Shown: positions 31,234-42,962, counted from the first letter of the stretch. The stretch: DNA of 64,000 bases from Nitrospirota bacterium (GCA_963701855.1 CAVPBK010000011.1:217171-281170); one strand, 5' to 3'. Numbers and translations are program-made. Notes: generated by a model from the letters alone, not told the origin.

Positions 31234-31692
31234 ATGAGCGAAGAATATTATCCGCGCAAGGATTACGTTATATCGTCATTGCAGCGCGGCGCTAGAGATG
31301 CAAATCCGCAACGCAGGCATGCTTCGCTAGATCAGGCATACCAAGGACTTGAACCTCATGCTCCCCTTCTGGGGAGCCAACTGATTATGCTTGTTGTGTT
31401 TTCATTCACTCTGGCAAGCTGTATACCGCACGCTCAACTCGTCAATGAAACACCTACAGGAGGAACAGTCCTCTACTCATACGTTGAGGAACAAGATGTG
31501 CTGACTTCGCCGGGACGACAAGATGCACTCCTCCTTCTTGAGGAAAAATGCCCAGCTGGCTACCGCATCTCTCGTGAGGGAGAAGTTCCTAGGATCGACC
31601 AAGCTGTCGATAGAGCATGGATGGGACAGATATCCCGGGATGGGCAGGTATCCCGGGAAAAGAGCTGGGCGATCCAATTCTCATGCAAATAG
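31234..31692 (+). CDS. Small lipoprotein (true start likely ~31388)
   Basis: LASC lipobox, CPAGY.I..E and C-terminal IQFSCK. Confidence 0.6.
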   Translation: MSEEYYPRKDYVISSLQRGARDANPQRRHASLDQAYQGLEPHAPLLGSQLIMLVVFSFTLASCIPHAQLVNETPTGGTVLYSYVEEQDVLTSPGRQDALLLLEEKCPAGYRISREGEVPRIDQAVDRAWMGQISRDGQVSREKSWAIQFSCK

Positions 31693-31717
31693 GCCCCTGT
31701 CCTTCCGGCATTGACAC

Positions 31718-32776
31718 GTGGTTCACAACCTGTGTCATCCCCTGGTTCAAGAGGTGAAAAGAATGCGACGGCCTGCCCATACATCCTCTTCTTGTGCCGT
31801 GCCATGGTTCGCGATGCGAGCCGGCCTTGCAAGCAGAGGAAGGACCGTGGTTGGACTCCTGTTTGGCTTGGCTTGCCTGTTGGTCCTGATAGGCTGCGGA
31901 GCAACCAGTCAGCAACGCATCCTCTATGAGGCCTCAGGTATTCAGGTCGGCATTATGACTGATTTGTCAACGAATGATGATGGCTCTTCCCCGGTGAGGA
32001 ACAGGCACCCGGCAGATCTCACACCGCGAGAAATTCGCTCACTTATCGGTTCGCTTGAAGTGTCGGGATGGAGCGGGACAATACTTGGATTACTGACTGC
32101 CCCGCAGCCAAAGCCGTTGTTCACCGAGGCGGAGCGTGCCGAGCTGGCTGAGCCACTCGCCGCAGCATTCCAGGCAGCAACCCCACGCGAACGTGTCTTC
32201 TTTGTCATCCAAAATCCAGATGCACCGTATGATGCGGACCGCACGTCCGGGAGCTTATTTTTTCGAGATGACTACCTGCATGTGGTCCTCACGGATCACT
32301 ACGCCTTTTTACAGGCTGACCCGGGAGGGGGCGAGAAACGAGATCCGCGTGATACAAAAGGCATGAAACTATGGTTAGTCGGATCAGCCCACGCCGCCAC
32401 TGTGCCTGAGAAGAAGGAGCCGCGCTGGAATGCATTTGAAAAAGTTCACATCTCGCTCATACCGGCAGAAGTGCTGGCAGGACAACGGGTGCCCCAAGCA
32501 ACTCCTCGCCCCCAGGTCGCAACGCCTGCAATCCCACAGCCGTCCGTGAAAGCCGGCACCGCAGCAACGAACACGCCAGAATCCATGAATGACCTTCGTT
32601 TACAAATACGTGAACTCACCAACGACAATCTGTATCTGCGTTCTCAATTGAAAGACCAATCAGACACGATCGAGAAACTCAAAGCTGAATTCGAGGGACT
32701 TCGCAACGAGAAAAAGCCGGAACCCGTGAAGCCTTCATCAGGACAGAAGCCCTCTAGTAAACAGGCTACACCCTAA
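31718..32776 (+). CDS. Hypothetical lipoprotein with a C-terminal coiled coil
   Basis: LIGC lipobox, 352-aa ORF; start uncertain. Confidence 0.7.
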   Translation: MVHNLCHPLVQEVKRMRRPAHTSSSCAVPWFAMRAGLASRGRTVVGLLFGLACLLVLIGCGATSQQRILYEASGIQVGIMTDLSTNDDGSSPVRNRHPADLTPREIRSLIGSLEVSGWSGTILGLLTAPQPKPLFTEAERAELAEPLAAAFQAATPRERVFFVIQNPDAPYDADRTSGSLFFRDDYLHVVLTDHYAFLQADPGGGEKRDPRDTKGMKLWLVGSAHAATVPEKKEPRWNAFEKVHISLIPAEVLAGQRVPQATPRPQVATPAIPQPSVKAGTAATNTPESMNDLRLQIRELTNDNLYLRSQLKDQSDTIEKLKAEFEGLRNEKKPEPVKPSSGQKPSSKQATP

Positions 32777-32926
32777 CTCTTTTTACAGCCTTGATTGTGC
32801 TTCCAAATGCAGCACGACGGCACCGATCGACTCAGATACTGTCCTAGCGTTGCCATTCCAGCTGCCCACTGAGTTTTCCCGCAGCCTGCTATGCACTTAC
32901 CAGATTTTTTTCAATCTCCCTGAAAA

Positions 32927-32965
32927 CTTAACAATTCTGTAATACCCCTGTCATCTCACCTTAAT
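32927..32965 (+). promoter_or_regulatory. Pho-box array
   Basis: CTTAAC/TGTAAT/TGTCAT/CTTAAT at exact 11-bp period, including the canonical CTGTCAT. Confidence 0.75.
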
Positions 32966-33102
32966 CGATTGGACCTATCCTTCAAAGCAGCAACGACAAT
33001 CGATAGTTCCCAACAGGAAGAAAATGGAGGTGTTGAAGGGATGGCAGCCTAGAGCCCGCCTTGTTAACTCGGTCACTTATAATGAGCAGAATTATTACGG
33101 GA

Positions 33103-33141
33103 GTTAACACCATTGTAACATTTCTGTAATGCCCTGGTAAC
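33103..33141 (+). promoter_or_regulatory. Pho-box array directly upstream of pstS
   Basis: GTTAAC/TGTAAC/TGTAAT/GGTAAC at exact 11-bp period. Confidence 0.8.
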
Positions 33142-33185
33142 AGGACACGGCCATCCTTTTGCGGATGATAATGAAAGGAGTTTCA

Positions 33186-34169
33186 ATGAAAACATTTTCT
33201 ATCAGGCCTGGTTTATGGTGCTTTGCCCTTCTTGGGGCTCTTGTTTCCGATCTCCCATCAGCCTATGCCGACGACGCGATCACGCTCGACCCAGCCTTGA
33301 AAGGCTATATAAAAGTCAGCGGGGTCTCCGGCAACGTCAACAGCATTGGCTCAGATACGCTCAACAATCTCATGACCCTCTGGGCTGAAGGGTTTCGCAA
33401 ACAATATCCTAATGTTAAAATACAAATCGAAGGCAAGGGTTCAAGTACTGCTCCTCCGGCTTTGATCGAAGGTACGGCGCAACTTGGACCGATGTCCCGC
33501 ACGATGAAAAATACTGAGATCGATGCTTTCGAAAGAAAATTTAGATATAAGCCCACCGCGTTCCCCGTCGCCATCGACGCGCTTGCCGTCTACGTCAATA
33601 AGGACAACCCGGTCAAAGGACTTACGATGGCTCAAGTCGATGCGATTTTTTCGAAAAGTCGTCGCTGGGGCCACAATGAGAGCATTCAGCTTTGGAAACA
33701 AGCCGGTTGGGATGACACCAGTCCCATCAGTATCTATGGACGGAACTCGGCCTCCGGCACCTATGGATTTTTCAAGGAACATGCCCTCAAGAATGGAGAT
33801 TTCAAGGACGAAGTCAAAGAACAGCCAGGGTCAGCCTCCGTGGTTCAAAGCGTGAGCGAAGATCAATCCGGCATTGGCTACAGCGGCATTGGGTACCTCA
33901 CATCGAATGTGCGCGCCGTCCCGCTGGCTGAGAAAGAAGGCATGCCGTTTAAAGAGGCCAGCCAACAAAACGCGGACGATGGGTCCTATCCGCTCTGGCG
34001 CCATCTATATCTCTATGTCAACAAGGCGCCCAACAAACCGCTGGATCCGATCGTCGGGGAATTCATCAAATTTATCTACAGCAAAGAAGGACAAAAAGTG
34101 GTGATCAAAGATGGATTTTTCCCGCTGAAAGCCGACGCGATCGAGAAGGAACTCAAGAAACTTGACTAG
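33186..34169 (+). CDS. pstS: Phosphate ABC transporter substrate-binding protein
   Basis: [31 protein letters not shown] and YPLWR.LY.Y. Confidence 0.95.
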   Translation: MKTFSIRPGLWCFALLGALVSDLPSAYADDAITLDPALKGYIKVSGVSGNVNSIGSDTLNNLMTLWAEGFRKQYPNVKIQIEGKGSSTAPPALIEGTAQLGPMSRTMKNTEIDAFERKFRYKPTAFPVAIDALAVYVNKDNPVKGLTMAQVDAIFSKSRRWGHNESIQLWKQAGWDDTSPISIYGRNSASGTYGFFKEHALKNGDFKDEVKEQPGSASVVQSVSEDQSGIGYSGIGYLTSNVRAVPLAEKEGMPFKEASQQNADDGSYPLWRHLYLYVNKAPNKPLDPIVGEFIKFIYSKEGQKVVIKDGFFPLKADAIEKELKKLD

Positions 34170-36453
34170 CGACAGCGATCCCGCTTTAGTCCCCTCTCCT
34201 CCCGCTGTAGGGGCGTATAGCCATGCGCCCCTACAAACAATATCGCACCATTCAGCCAGCATGATGCGTCGCCGCATCTTCGATCGGCTTGCTCAAGTCA
34301 TCATCACCATGGGCGGAATTGCCGTTATCCTGAGCATTATCGGTATCTTTATTTTCTTGGCGAAAGAAGTCGCTCCCTTGTTTTTCCCTCCACAAGGGAC
34401 CCAGGCCGGTCACTTTCCCGGTGCTCCTTCAGCACACGCCCTCCCTCAATCCAGTCTTGTTGGAATGGATGAATATCAAGAGATTCTCTATCAACTCACG
34501 GCAGGATCCGATCACCAGATTCGCTTCTTCAATGCGCAATCCGGCGCACCTATAACGCATGACCTTTCTACAACCTTAGCCAAGGTTCCCATCACCTCCA
34601 TTGCGCGAGCGGTAGGGAGCGGCAACCGATTCGCCTTCGGTACGGACGATGGACAGATTATTCCTGTCACGCTTGAGTTCACAGCCGGTTACGAAAAGGG
34701 GACACGCCACATCGTTCCAACGGTCACCCTGGGCTCTCCTGTACAATTGATTTCATCCAATGAACAGATTATTCGTTTGGCCTATCAGCCGACAGACCAA
34801 GGCACACACACCGCAGCCCTGACAGATCAAGGGCGTCTGTGGTACACCGCTACACCATTCGGCACTGCCCCTGTTGCACTGACCGGTCATGGCGCAGAAC
34901 CTGTAACCGCCTTGATCTTCGACAGTCGTGGCGAAACACTTTCGATTGGAACGGCCGGCGGAAACCTCTACCACTATGACGTGCGAGAGGGCGCCCAGGC
35001 GAGTCTGATCGAAACCACTTCCGTGGCTCCGTCCGGCGTTTCAGTCACTGCCCTGTCCTACTTGATTGGAGATCGTTCGCTGGCCGTCGGCACCAGCGCC
35101 GGCGATGTCTCAGTCTGGATGCCGGTGCGTCAGGCTCAAGAAAGCTCGACGACTCGTTTTCGCCTGATTCATCAATTCGACGCGCACCCTTCTCCTGTCA
35201 CTGGGATTTCTCCATCGCTCCGTGACAAGGGGTTCATCAGCGGCGACACGCAGGGCAATCTCTTTGTCCACTACTCCACCTCCGCACAGACCCTGTTGAA
35301 GCTTTCAGGAAACCACCAGGCGATTCGCACCTTGACATTTTCCCCCAAAGCCAATGGAGCTGTGGCCCTCACCGACCAGGGAGAATTGCTCACCTATTCG
35401 ATTCACAATCCCCATCCGGAGACGACACTCGCAACCCTGTTCAAGCCCGTCTGGTATGAGGGTTACGAGGGACCGGAACATGTGTGGCAATCCTCCAGTG
35501 GCGCCGATGACTTTGAAGCGAAGTTCGGCCTCCTTCCTCTGATCTTTGGCACGCTAAAGGGGACCCTCTACGCCATGCTGGTCGCAGTGCCTCTGGCTCT
35601 CTTGGGCGCTATCTATACCTCGATGTTCATGCACCCCGATCTTCGCGCCAAGATTAAACCGACCATCGAAATCATGGCGGCACTCCCAACTGTCATCCTG
35701 GGCTTCCTCGCCGGCTTGTGGTTGGCGCCTATGCTCGAACGGATTTTTCCTGCGATGGTCGCCATGACAGTGGTCGTACCCGTGAGCGTCGCCGTTACGG
35801 CGATTTTTTGGCAATATCTTCCAGCCGCACTCATTCGCCGCCTTCGCCCTGGGATGGAATCGTTTGTCCTGATTCCTATCATCATCGGCGCCGTGTGGAT
35901 CTGTCTGGGCTTGAACCAGTCGATCGAGGCATTTCTGTTCGGAACCGACTATAAAGCCTGGTTTGCTACCCATTGGGGACTCAGGTACGACCAGCGGAAT
36001 GCCCTCATAGTGGGGTTTGCGATGGGCTTTGCCATCGTTCCGATTATCTTTAGTATTTCCGAGGAAGCCCTGTCCAATGTCCCGCGGCATTTGATCGCCG
36101 GGTCTCTGGCGCTAGGAGCCACACGCTGGCAGACCTTGGTTAAACTGGTACTGGTCTCGGCAAGCCCTGGAATCTTCTCTGCCTTGATGATCGGTTTTGG
36201 CCGGGCCATTGGAGAGACCATGATCGTCCTCATGGCCACAGGGAACACTCCCATTATGGATTGGAGCCTGTTCAATGGCTTTCGCACGTTATCGGCCAAT
36301 ATTGCCGTGGAAATTCCAGAGGCTCCTCATGGCGGCACACTCTATCGCATCTTATTCTTGGCGGCCGTGCTGTTATTTGTCTTCACATTTTTGATCAACA
36401 CCGTGGCAGAAGTCATCAGACAACGGCTGCGGACAAAGTACAGTCAGTTTTAA
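34162..36453 (+). CDS. pstC: Phosphate ABC permease PstC with a large WD40-like insertion
   Basis: [35 protein letters not shown] and GRAIGETM; start uncertain. Confidence 0.92.
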   Translation: MTSDSDPALVPSPPAVGAYSHAPLQTISHHSASMMRRRIFDRLAQVIITMGGIAVILSIIGIFIFLAKEVAPLFFPPQGTQAGHFPGAPSAHALPQSSLVGMDEYQEILYQLTAGSDHQIRFFNAQSGAPITHDLSTTLAKVPITSIARAVGSGNRFAFGTDDGQIIPVTLEFTAGYEKGTRHIVPTVTLGSPVQLISSNEQIIRLAYQPTDQGTHTAALTDQGRLWYTATPFGTAPVALTGHGAEPVTALIFDSRGETLSIGTAGGNLYHYDVREGAQASLIETTSVAPSGVSVTALSYLIGDRSLAVGTSAGDVSVWMPVRQAQESSTTRFRLIHQFDAHPSPVTGISPSLRDKGFISGDTQGNLFVHYSTSAQTLLKLSGNHQAIRTLTFSPKANGAVALTDQGELLTYSIHNPHPETTLATLFKPVWYEGYEGPEHVWQSSSGADDFEAKFGLLPLIFGTLKGTLYAMLVAVPLALLGAIYTSMFMHPDLRAKIKPTIEIMAALPTVILGFLAGLWLAPMLERIFPAMVAMTVVVPVSVAVTAIFWQYLPAALIRRLRPGMESFVLIPIIIGAVWICLGLNQSIEAFLFGTDYKAWFATHWGLRYDQRNALIVGFAMGFAIVPIIFSISEEALSNVPRHLIAGSLALGATRWQTLVKLVLVSASPGIFSALMIGFGRAIGETMIVLMATGNTPIMDWSLFNGFRTLSANIAVEIPEAPHGGTLYRILFLAAVLLFVFTFLINTVAEVIRQRLRTKYSQF

Positions 36454-38099
36454 TGCGTACCACCTTCAAGAAATTCCTTGCCTCCGGCAACGTCTTCATC
36501 TGGGGGTGCGCCGCTGGCGTTTCAGTCTCCCTGCTCATGGTCTTTGGGCTGCTGCTGTTAATTATGATCAACGGCTTGGGATACTTTTGGACCCTGGACA
36601 TCGTCGATCTCACCTTGAAAGACAAGCAGCACGTGATGGGGCAACTGGCCGGACGCGAGGTCATCCCGCGTTCTGTTACGCCGGATCGTCCAGAAGGGAA
36701 AGGCCGCCTACGGGTAAAGATCGGGAATCGCGATATCTCTGGGCTCGATTTTAAATGGGTCAACGACGACCAGATTGTGTCGCAAGCCTATCCGACAGAT
36801 ACCGTGCTTTTAGAGCGACGTGAATGGGGCAACATGTATGCCAGGATCAAGGCCGTCTACAACGGAGAGACACTACTCGCAGAAGGGAATGAACCTGGAT
36901 GGATTGCCTTGACCCCGCTGATCGACACCACCAATGCTCTTTATCAACAGATTACTCGGATCGAGAGAGTTGAGATTGGCTCTGTTAACGCAGACATCGA
37001 GCAGGCGCGTTTGAAGATCCGTGCACTCGAGACAGGCGCTCCCGCCCCCGATACGAGTCAGAGAGGACAAATCGATAGCCTCAAAGCCCAGGTGGCTGCC
37101 GCCGAATCTCGTTACCAAGAAAAAACCACGGAATTGGAAAGGTTGCGCACACAATTCAATGAATTCTCAGTCTTTATGGTGGATGCGAACGGACGAGAAA
37201 AGCAGATCCCGGTAGGGCAGATCATTCGCGCCCTACGCCCGAATGAGATGAGCCTGTTGCACAAGAGCTGGATCTATCTCACGAATGTGTGGTCTGTCCT
37301 CAGTTCCGAGCCTAGAGAAGCCAACACGGAAGGCGGCATTTTTCCGGCCATTTTCGGCACCGTCATGATGGTCATCATCATGAGCCTCGCTGTCGTCCCC
37401 TTCGGCGTACTTGCCGCACTCTATCTGCGAGAATATGCCAAACAAGGCGCCACGGTTCGTCTCGTGAGAATCGCCGTCAACAATCTCGCAGGCGTGCCCT
37501 CGATTGTCTTCGGTGTGTTCGGATTAGGCTTTTTCATTTACGCCGTCGGCGGAACCCTCGACACCCTCTTCTTTCCTGAACGACTCCCGACACCGACATT
37601 CGGCACAGGCGGCATTTTATGGGCATCGCTGACCCTCGCCTTACTCACGGTTCCGGTTGTCATTGTCTCCACGGAAGAAGGACTGGCTGCCGTGCCCAGA
37701 GAGTTTCGTGAAGGATCGTTTGCGCTTGGCGCAACCAAGTTGGAAACGATGCTCAAAGTCGTGATACCCTCAGCCCTGCCGGGCATTCTGACCGGAGTAA
37801 TTTTGGCGATGGCGCGGGCTGCGGGCGAGGTGGCGCCGCTCATGCTGACGGGAGTCGTGAAGCTTGCGCCTTCACTCCCTGTAGACGGTTCCTGGCCATT
37901 CTTCCATTTCGATCGAAAGTTCATGCACTTAGGATTTCATATTTATGACGTAGGCTTCCAGTCCCCTAATGTGGAAGCAGCTAAACCAATGGTCTACATC
38001 ACGACTCTGGTATTGATTTCCGTCGTCGTCCTGTTGAATTTTACCGCGATTGTCCTTCGCAACCATCTGCGCAAGAAATATGCAGGGTCTGTGTTATGA
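36453..38099 (+). CDS. pstA: Phosphate ABC permease PstA (long form)
   Basis: ATG overlaps the pstC stop; [26 protein letters not shown] and ARAAGEVAP. Confidence 0.95.
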   Translation: MRTTFKKFLASGNVFIWGCAAGVSVSLLMVFGLLLLIMINGLGYFWTLDIVDLTLKDKQHVMGQLAGREVIPRSVTPDRPEGKGRLRVKIGNRDISGLDFKWVNDDQIVSQAYPTDTVLLERREWGNMYARIKAVYNGETLLAEGNEPGWIALTPLIDTTNALYQQITRIERVEIGSVNADIEQARLKIRALETGAPAPDTSQRGQIDSLKAQVAAAESRYQEKTTELERLRTQFNEFSVFMVDANGREKQIPVGQIIRALRPNEMSLLHKSWIYLTNVWSVLSSEPREANTEGGIFPAIFGTVMMVIIMSLAVVPFGVLAALYLREYAKQGATVRLVRIAVNNLAGVPSIVFGVFGLGFFIYAVGGTLDTLFFPERLPTPTFGTGGILWASLTLALLTVPVVIVSTEEGLAAVPREFREGSFALGATKLETMLKVVIPSALPGILTGVILAMARAAGEVAPLMLTGVVKLAPSLPVDGSWPFFHFDRKFMHLGFHIYDVGFQSPNVEAAKPMVYITTLVLISVVVLLNFTAIVLRNHLRKKYAGSVL

Positions 38100-38977
38100 A
38101 GGAACTTGTGCACCCTTTTCCACCGTCGACACAACAAGCATCCCCATCACAACCGCTCAACCTACAAAGGGTCACTGTGCAGGACGGACATCGACAGTCG
38201 CCTGGCAATCCGACCAACACGCAAGCCGTTAAATTGACCTTGAATCAGGTCAACTTTTTTTATGGAGACCGCCAGGCCCTCTTCAAGATCGATATCGAAA
38301 TCATTAAAAATCAGGTCACGTCGTTCATTGGGCCATCCGGCTGTGGGAAGTCTACCTTGCTGCGATGCCTCAATCGGCTCAACGACTTGATTGAAGGCGC
38401 TCGGTTAGAAGGTACCATGCTGCTTGACGGCATGGATATCTACGGCCCCAACGTGGATATTACCGACCTGAGAAAACGTGTCGGGATGGTTTTTCAGAAA
38501 TCGAACCCCTTTCCGAAATCGATCTACGAAAACGTGGCCTATGGGCCGCGTCTTCATGGAATAAAAAACCGTAGCCAGTTGGATCAAATTGTGGAAGAGG
38601 GAATTAAGGGCGCAGGGCTCTGGGATGAAGTGAAAGATCGTCTCCATGCAAGCGCGTTCGGTCTCTCCGGAGGGCAACAACAACGGCTCTGTATCGCTCG
38701 CGCGCTCGCGGTTAAACCGGATGTCTTGTTGATGGACGAGCCCTGCTCGGCGCTGGATCCTGTGGCCACTGCAAAAATTGAAGAACTGCTCTTTTCCTTG
38801 AAGCAAGATCTGACAGTCGTCATTGTTACCCACAATATGCAGCAGGCGGCTCGGGTGTCCGATTGGACGGCGTTTATGTACCTTGGCGAAATCGTAGAGT
38901 TCGGCCTCACGAAACAGATCTTTACCACGCCTTCCAAGAAGCAAACCGATGACTACATCACTGGACGATTTGGATGA
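38096..38977 (+). CDS. pstB: Phosphate ABC ATP-binding protein
   Basis: [26 protein letters not shown] and YITGRFG. Confidence 0.97.
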   Translation: MKELVHPFPPSTQQASPSQPLNLQRVTVQDGHRQSPGNPTNTQAVKLTLNQVNFFYGDRQALFKIDIEIIKNQVTSFIGPSGCGKSTLLRCLNRLNDLIEGARLEGTMLLDGMDIYGPNVDITDLRKRVGMVFQKSNPFPKSIYENVAYGPRLHGIKNRSQLDQIVEEGIKGAGLWDEVKDRLHASAFGLSGGQQQRLCIARALAVKPDVLLMDEPCSALDPVATAKIEELLFSLKQDLTVVIVTHNMQQAARVSDWTAFMYLGEIVEFGLTKQIFTTPSKKQTDDYITGRFG

Positions 38978-39675
38978 ACATTATGCCACAGCGCCACTTT
39001 GACGAAGAACTCTCCGACTTGAAGACCAAGCTCCTGCGCATGGCTGGACAGGCGGAAGATCAGATCGACAGAGCCCTCACCGCATTGGTGACCCGAGACT
39101 CGGCCCTGGCTCGCCAGGTCATCGAGCGAGACCACCTCGTCAACGCCTTGGATGTGGAGATCGATGAAGAAAGTATCCGCTTGCTGGCACTCCATCAGCC
39201 TGCTGCGCGAGATTTGCGGCTGGTAACGACGGCGATGAAAATCGCCACCGAGCTCGAGCGAATCAGCGACCTGGCAGAGAATGTCTCCGAGCGGGTGATC
39301 GAGCTGAACGAAGAACCGCAGCTCAAACCCTACATCGATATCCCGACGATGGGCAATATGGCGCGGATGATGGTGAAGCAAAGCATCGATGCCTTCGTGA
39401 AGGATGATGCCCAGCTCGCCAGGAAGGTGCTCACGGATGACGACTTCGTCGACGATCTGATGGAGCAGGTGTTCCGCGAGCTTCTGTCATTCATGCTCGA
39501 AGACACGCGGACGATTTCACGCGCTATCCGCTTGAGCTTCATTGCTAAATACCTCGAACGGATGGCTGATCATGCCACCAACATCGCTGAGCTGGTGGTC
39601 TATCTCGTGGAGGGAAAAATCATTCGCCACACCACTCCGCCACCACCTTCCAATATCGATCTTGCAACAAGTTAG
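38974..39675 (+). CDS. phoU: Phosphate signalling protein PhoU
   Basis: [15 protein letters not shown] and [13 protein letters not shown]. Confidence 0.97.
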   Translation: MNIMPQRHFDEELSDLKTKLLRMAGQAEDQIDRALTALVTRDSALARQVIERDHLVNALDVEIDEESIRLLALHQPAARDLRLVTTAMKIATELERISDLAENVSERVIELNEEPQLKPYIDIPTMGNMARMMVKQSIDAFVKDDAQLARKVLTDDDFVDDLMEQVFRELLSFMLEDTRTISRAIRLSFIAKYLERMADHATNIAELVVYLVEGKIIRHTTPPPPSNIDLATS

Positions 39676-39704
39676 CCCTCTCTGATCCTTCAGATTGATC
39701 TTTC

Positions 39705-39791
39705 TGAGGCAAACTGAGGTCGAGGTTGAGTGAAAACTCGGCTTGTTGAATCTCAGCCTTAACCTTCCATTCACGCTGGCGGACGATCTAG
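39705..39791. repeat. Degenerate inverted copy of the hexamer-hairpin MITE
   Basis: Reverse complement reads GTCCGCCAGCG..GAAGGTTAAGGCTGAG...CTCAACCTCGACCTCAG. Confidence 0.6.
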
Positions 39792-39803
39792 AGATAGATG
39801 TGG

Positions 39804-40070
39804 TTATGCCACAAAATGCGTCGAGAAGAGCATGTAGTCGAAGCGGTGTCGGCGAAGTATGATCTTGTGACAGCGGGCAAGTTGGTCAACCCCATGAAAG
39901 ATTTGATTCCAGGTGTATTGGGGCATGAGACAGATGAGTGAGTCCAGACTGATAACCGTCTGCTCATTGAGATGGTCGAGAATGGCCACTGAGAGGGCAT
40001 CGGTATGGTCACGCTTACATCCTACTGGATGAACATCCTGAACTGATTCAAGAAGCGCACTTATCGGCAT
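39804..40070 (-). CDS. Small hypothetical protein, paralog of 59969-60226
   Basis: Shared pattern AIL..L...D.....P.(Y/F).W..(I/V)F..VD...R.....LR....Y. Confidence 0.65.
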   Translation of the reverse strand: MPISALLESVQDVHPVGCKRDHTDALSVAILDHLNEQTVISLDSLICLMPQYTWNQIFHGVDQLARCHKIILRRHRFDYMLFSTHFVA

Positions 40071-40087
40071 TGATACCTCCTGTGAAA

Positions 40088-40550
40088 TTATAGGAATGCG
40101 AGCCCCAACTGATTAGCCTGTTGCACAGGCGTTGTCGGTGCCGGGCTGTATCTGACTGCCACGATGCGTAAGAGACCCAGTGTGAGTAAGATGCCTCCTA
40201 GTATCGCGAATTGATGCCACTCCCCGCCCGTGAACCATCGTGAAATAACCTCTGTCAGCATTACGACAAGGACTGTGTCGATGATAAACGTGACCCGGAC
40301 GCGTCCCTCAGAACAGTATGCGAGGGTGGTCTTCAACACTTCGACAACGGCCAGTAAGGTCAGCGTATCGACCAACACCTGCCGAAGGGCCACCTCCATG
40401 TCGGCAGACAGAAGAAGCCGAAGGTCAAGAAACGTTTTGACGACGCCGCCTGCCAATCCGATGAGAATCGTCAGGGTCAGCAGGCTCAGGATAAATCGTG
40501 TGCCTGCTTCCCAGGCACGTGTGATGTCATAGGCCATGCAGGTCTCCATG
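40088..40550 (-). CDS. Phosphate-starvation-inducible PsiE-family membrane protein
   Basis: Four TM segments, LLAVVEVLKTT..Y..EGRV and IDTVLV.MLTEVI; start uncertain. Confidence 0.8.
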
Positions 40551-40632
40551 AATCGCTTGTGCCAACCGTTCGAGAGAGTCCGGTCCATTGTGGTGTGTGT
40601 CATGGTCCTAGCATAACCGGGGCACATTTCAG

Positions 40633-40672
40633 TCCTGTGAACTCTTCGTAAATGCTGTGTAAATTCTGTATC
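40633..40672 (-). promoter_or_regulatory. 11-bp-period direct repeats upstream of the PsiE-like gene
   Basis: Minus strand reads AATTTACACAG CATTTACGAAG AGTTCACAGGA. Confidence 0.5.
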
Positions 40673-40932
40673 GAGCGGCAAGCCTGCCTGCCGTCAGTCC
40701 TGCGAGCGGCATATCACGAGTGCAGTAGAAACTTTCATGAATGTTGTGGGCTGGAGGCCCTGTGAAACGGAGGATATTCAATGAAGAATAGAATGAGAAA
40801 GGAGGAGCTGCTGATACTGATCGCTCATTGACACGCTATCGCATCACCCGCCTACCCACCCATTCGTGTCATTGCTGTCGAGATATAGGGTCTGTTACCC
40901 TGCCCTCTCGATCACACGAATGGGAGGCATAT

Positions 40933-41178
40933 GTGACAGCCGTCGATAGTCTCATGATGGATGCAAAGCAAGCGATCATGGATGAACATCATCGCCGTTT
41001 TCAAACCCTCTACCAAGAGGGACGATGGGAGGAAGCGCTCCAACAAATTCACGTCACGCTGAGCTGTGCAATGGACCTTCTCAATGAGTCTCTTCGAGTC
41101 CTCGATGAAGCTCTTGATGTAGCCACAACCACACCTCTGACGGTTCCACTTCCCCTCCCGCAACCACATAATGAGTAA
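40933..41178 (+). CDS. Small helical hypothetical protein
   Basis: GGAGG RBS upstream of GTG at 40933; amphipathic helices. Confidence 0.55.
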   Translation: MTAVDSLMMDAKQAIMDEHHRRFQTLYQEGRWEEALQQIHVTLSCAMDLLNESLRVLDEALDVATTTPLTVPLPLPQPHNE

Positions 41179-41284
41179 GCGGAGCATTTCGTTCTCTCAC
41201 CGCACAAGAAATACTCCAATGACGACATCATCAGATGACGAGGCTATTACGATTAGAAACTAAGCAACCTCGTCCGCACTATGC

Positions 41285-41313
41285 TTGACAGTCTTACATA
41301 CAGTTGTTAGGTT
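41285..41313 (+). promoter_or_regulatory. Sigma70-type promoter, probably the original tRNA-Thr promoter
   Basis: TTGACA-N17-TAGGTT, 40 bp before the tRNA 5' fragment. Confidence 0.6.
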
Positions 41314-41353
41314 TTCTGACTATGCGCGAGGTTCTGTGCATCTATCGCTTTTA

Positions 41354-41393
41354 GCTGGCGTAGCTCAATGGCAGAGCAGCGGTTTTGTAAACC
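41354..41393 (+). repeat. attL: 40-bp copy of the 5' half of tRNA-Thr
   Basis: Identical to 55909-55948 (GCTGGCG...TTGTAAACC). Confidence 0.92.
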
Positions 41394-41409
41394 TGACACC
41401 GAACCAAGG

Positions 41410-41444
41410 CCCCTTGTAATCCCCAATGGTTACAAGGGGTTTTT
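41410..41444 (+). terminator. Intrinsic terminator just inside attL
   Basis: CCCCTTGTAA-N10-TTACAAGGGG-TTTTT. Confidence 0.75.
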
Positions 41445-41527
41445 CATTGTCTCGTTGGGTGACGTAGGGTGGCGGGAGGTGGTATACAGGCCGTCGCGGG
41501 CACAGTCACGGGCACAGGAATGACGGA

Positions 41528-41673
41528 TGGTGCGATGGATAAATGCGCGTGAACACCGAAAGGTGGATATCATTGTCGGTCTGATTTATATGGCGGCCTT
41601 GGCGATTGCCATTGCGGCGTTCACGTCGATCTTTCGCTCGCTGAGTCGAGTTCCGCCACAATCGCCGGCCTGA
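41528..41673 (+). CDS. ~48-aa single-TM protein
   Basis: MVRWINAREHRKVDIIVGLIYMAALAIAIAAFTSIFRSLSRVPPQSPA; coordinates approximate. Confidence 0.4.
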
Positions 41674-42066
41674 GGCCCCCATGCCGTTCTCGATTCGTCC
41701 CTTACCGTTGCTTCCCCGTTATGATGCTAACGCTGAACACGCTGACAAAGCTGGCAGAGGCGTTGAAGACTGCGCGAAAGTTAAAAAGTCGCCGCTCATC
41801 CGCTCCACCCTGATCTCGACCCCACCTCGAGGGATCAGGCCGGTGGATGGAGGGTCGTATACCCTCTCCCATTTTTCCTACCAATCATTTTGACCGTTCA
41901 CACGACCGGATTATTCCAGCAGGCGGCAATTCACAGAGCAAGCTGTGGGGGCTGTCCCTGTAGGTGCGGTCTTACAACAGCATACGTGCTTTCCCTACTC
42001 GCTCGGTTCCGGCGATACAGTAGACTGAAGCTATCTGAGAAACCGCAATGGAATGACTGTGGACAC

Positions 42067-42243
42067 ATGATAACGATGCGTCAAGCGGCTGCGCGACAAG
42101 TGAAATGGGAACAGCGAACATATCGCACACGATGTGAGCACTTGGTTTTGGAGTGGGAATGTAATGACCAGGGTTATTGGACCGGCAACTATGTCTGCAA
42201 TCTCTGCGGAGTATCTCCGGCCCATTGGGAGCTAGCCGCGTAG
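42067..42243 (+). CDS. 58-aa CxH...CxxC Zn-finger microprotein 1
   Basis: QAAA...KW...CEHL.LE....G..TGNYVCNLCG. Confidence 0.7.
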   Translation: MITMRQAAARQVKWEQRTYRTRCEHLVLEWECNDQGYWTGNYVCNLCGVSPAHWELAA

Positions 42244-42428
42244 CATCCCCCACCAATCCCTCCACCTCAACGGCGCATTTCCTTCCGCAGGCTATTCACC
42301 AAGACATACGCGCGACGACCTATCGCCTCACTCGAAACGTTATGAAGCGCCTACTGGGGGATTTCCTAGCACTCCAGCCACATGTTCTGCAGGATGCTTA
42401 TGAGAAGCCCGACTACGGAGGGACGACC

Positions 42429-42605
42429 ATGACAATCATTCAAGCGGCAGCAATACGAATCAAATGGAAACAGCGAACGGACCGTTCACCGTGCGAACAC
42501 ATGAACCTTGAATTGCAATGGGATGTTCTGGGCCATTCCGAGGGAGACTATATTTGCATTCTCTGCGGTGAATCTGTGGCCGAACGAAAAAAACTCGTTG
42601 CGTAA
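42429..42605 (+). CDS. 58-aa Zn-finger microprotein 2
   Basis: GGAGG RBS; QAAAIR.KW...CEHMNLE....G...GDYICILCGESVA. Confidence 0.75.
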   Translation: MTIIQAAAIRIKWKQRTDRSPCEHMNLELQWDVLGHSEGDYICILCGESVAERKKLVA

Positions 42606-42644
42606 CATGCTGGAATCTCACCCCGAAGATTGATGGGTCATCTC

Positions 42645-42962
42645 ATGAACATGGATCAAGCGGCTACGATACGCAGGAAATGGAATCAGGGAGGGATTCT
42701 TCAATCCTGCGATCACTTAAACTTGGAATTAGAATTGAATGACCTTGGAGATAAAACAGGTAACTATATTTGCATTCTCTGCGGTGAATCGGTTGCCCAC
42801 AGGTTGATGAACCAGGTAGAGGCAGGGACCGTACTCCCGAACCAAGTTGCTCCACCAATATGCTCGCACTACAAGCTTGGCTTGGAATGCACCAAGGATG
42901 GTCGATTGACGCGCACTTATCGGTGCCTGGAATGCGGTAGACCCTACGCCACGAACCTCTAG
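42645..42962 (+). CDS. Two-domain Zn-finger microprotein 3
   Basis: CDHLNLE...GNYICILCG, then CSHYKLGLE...TYRCLECG. Confidence 0.75.
   Translation: MNMDQAATIRRKWNQGGILQSCDHLNLELELNDLGDKTGNYICILCGESVAHRLMNQVEAGTVLPNQVAPPICSHYKLGLECTKDGRLTRTYRCLECGRPYATNL

Noticed and set aside
41354..41393. A second or intron-split tRNA-Thr gene
   Set aside because: It lacks a T-arm and 3' acceptor strand and is followed by a terminator, so it is an att duplicate.
41681..41893. ORF starting MPFSIRP as an intact gene
   Set aside because: Only the first ~13 codons resemble a PilZ-like start (MPFSIRP then YRCFPV after a frameshift), and I could not support the rest; at most a remnant.
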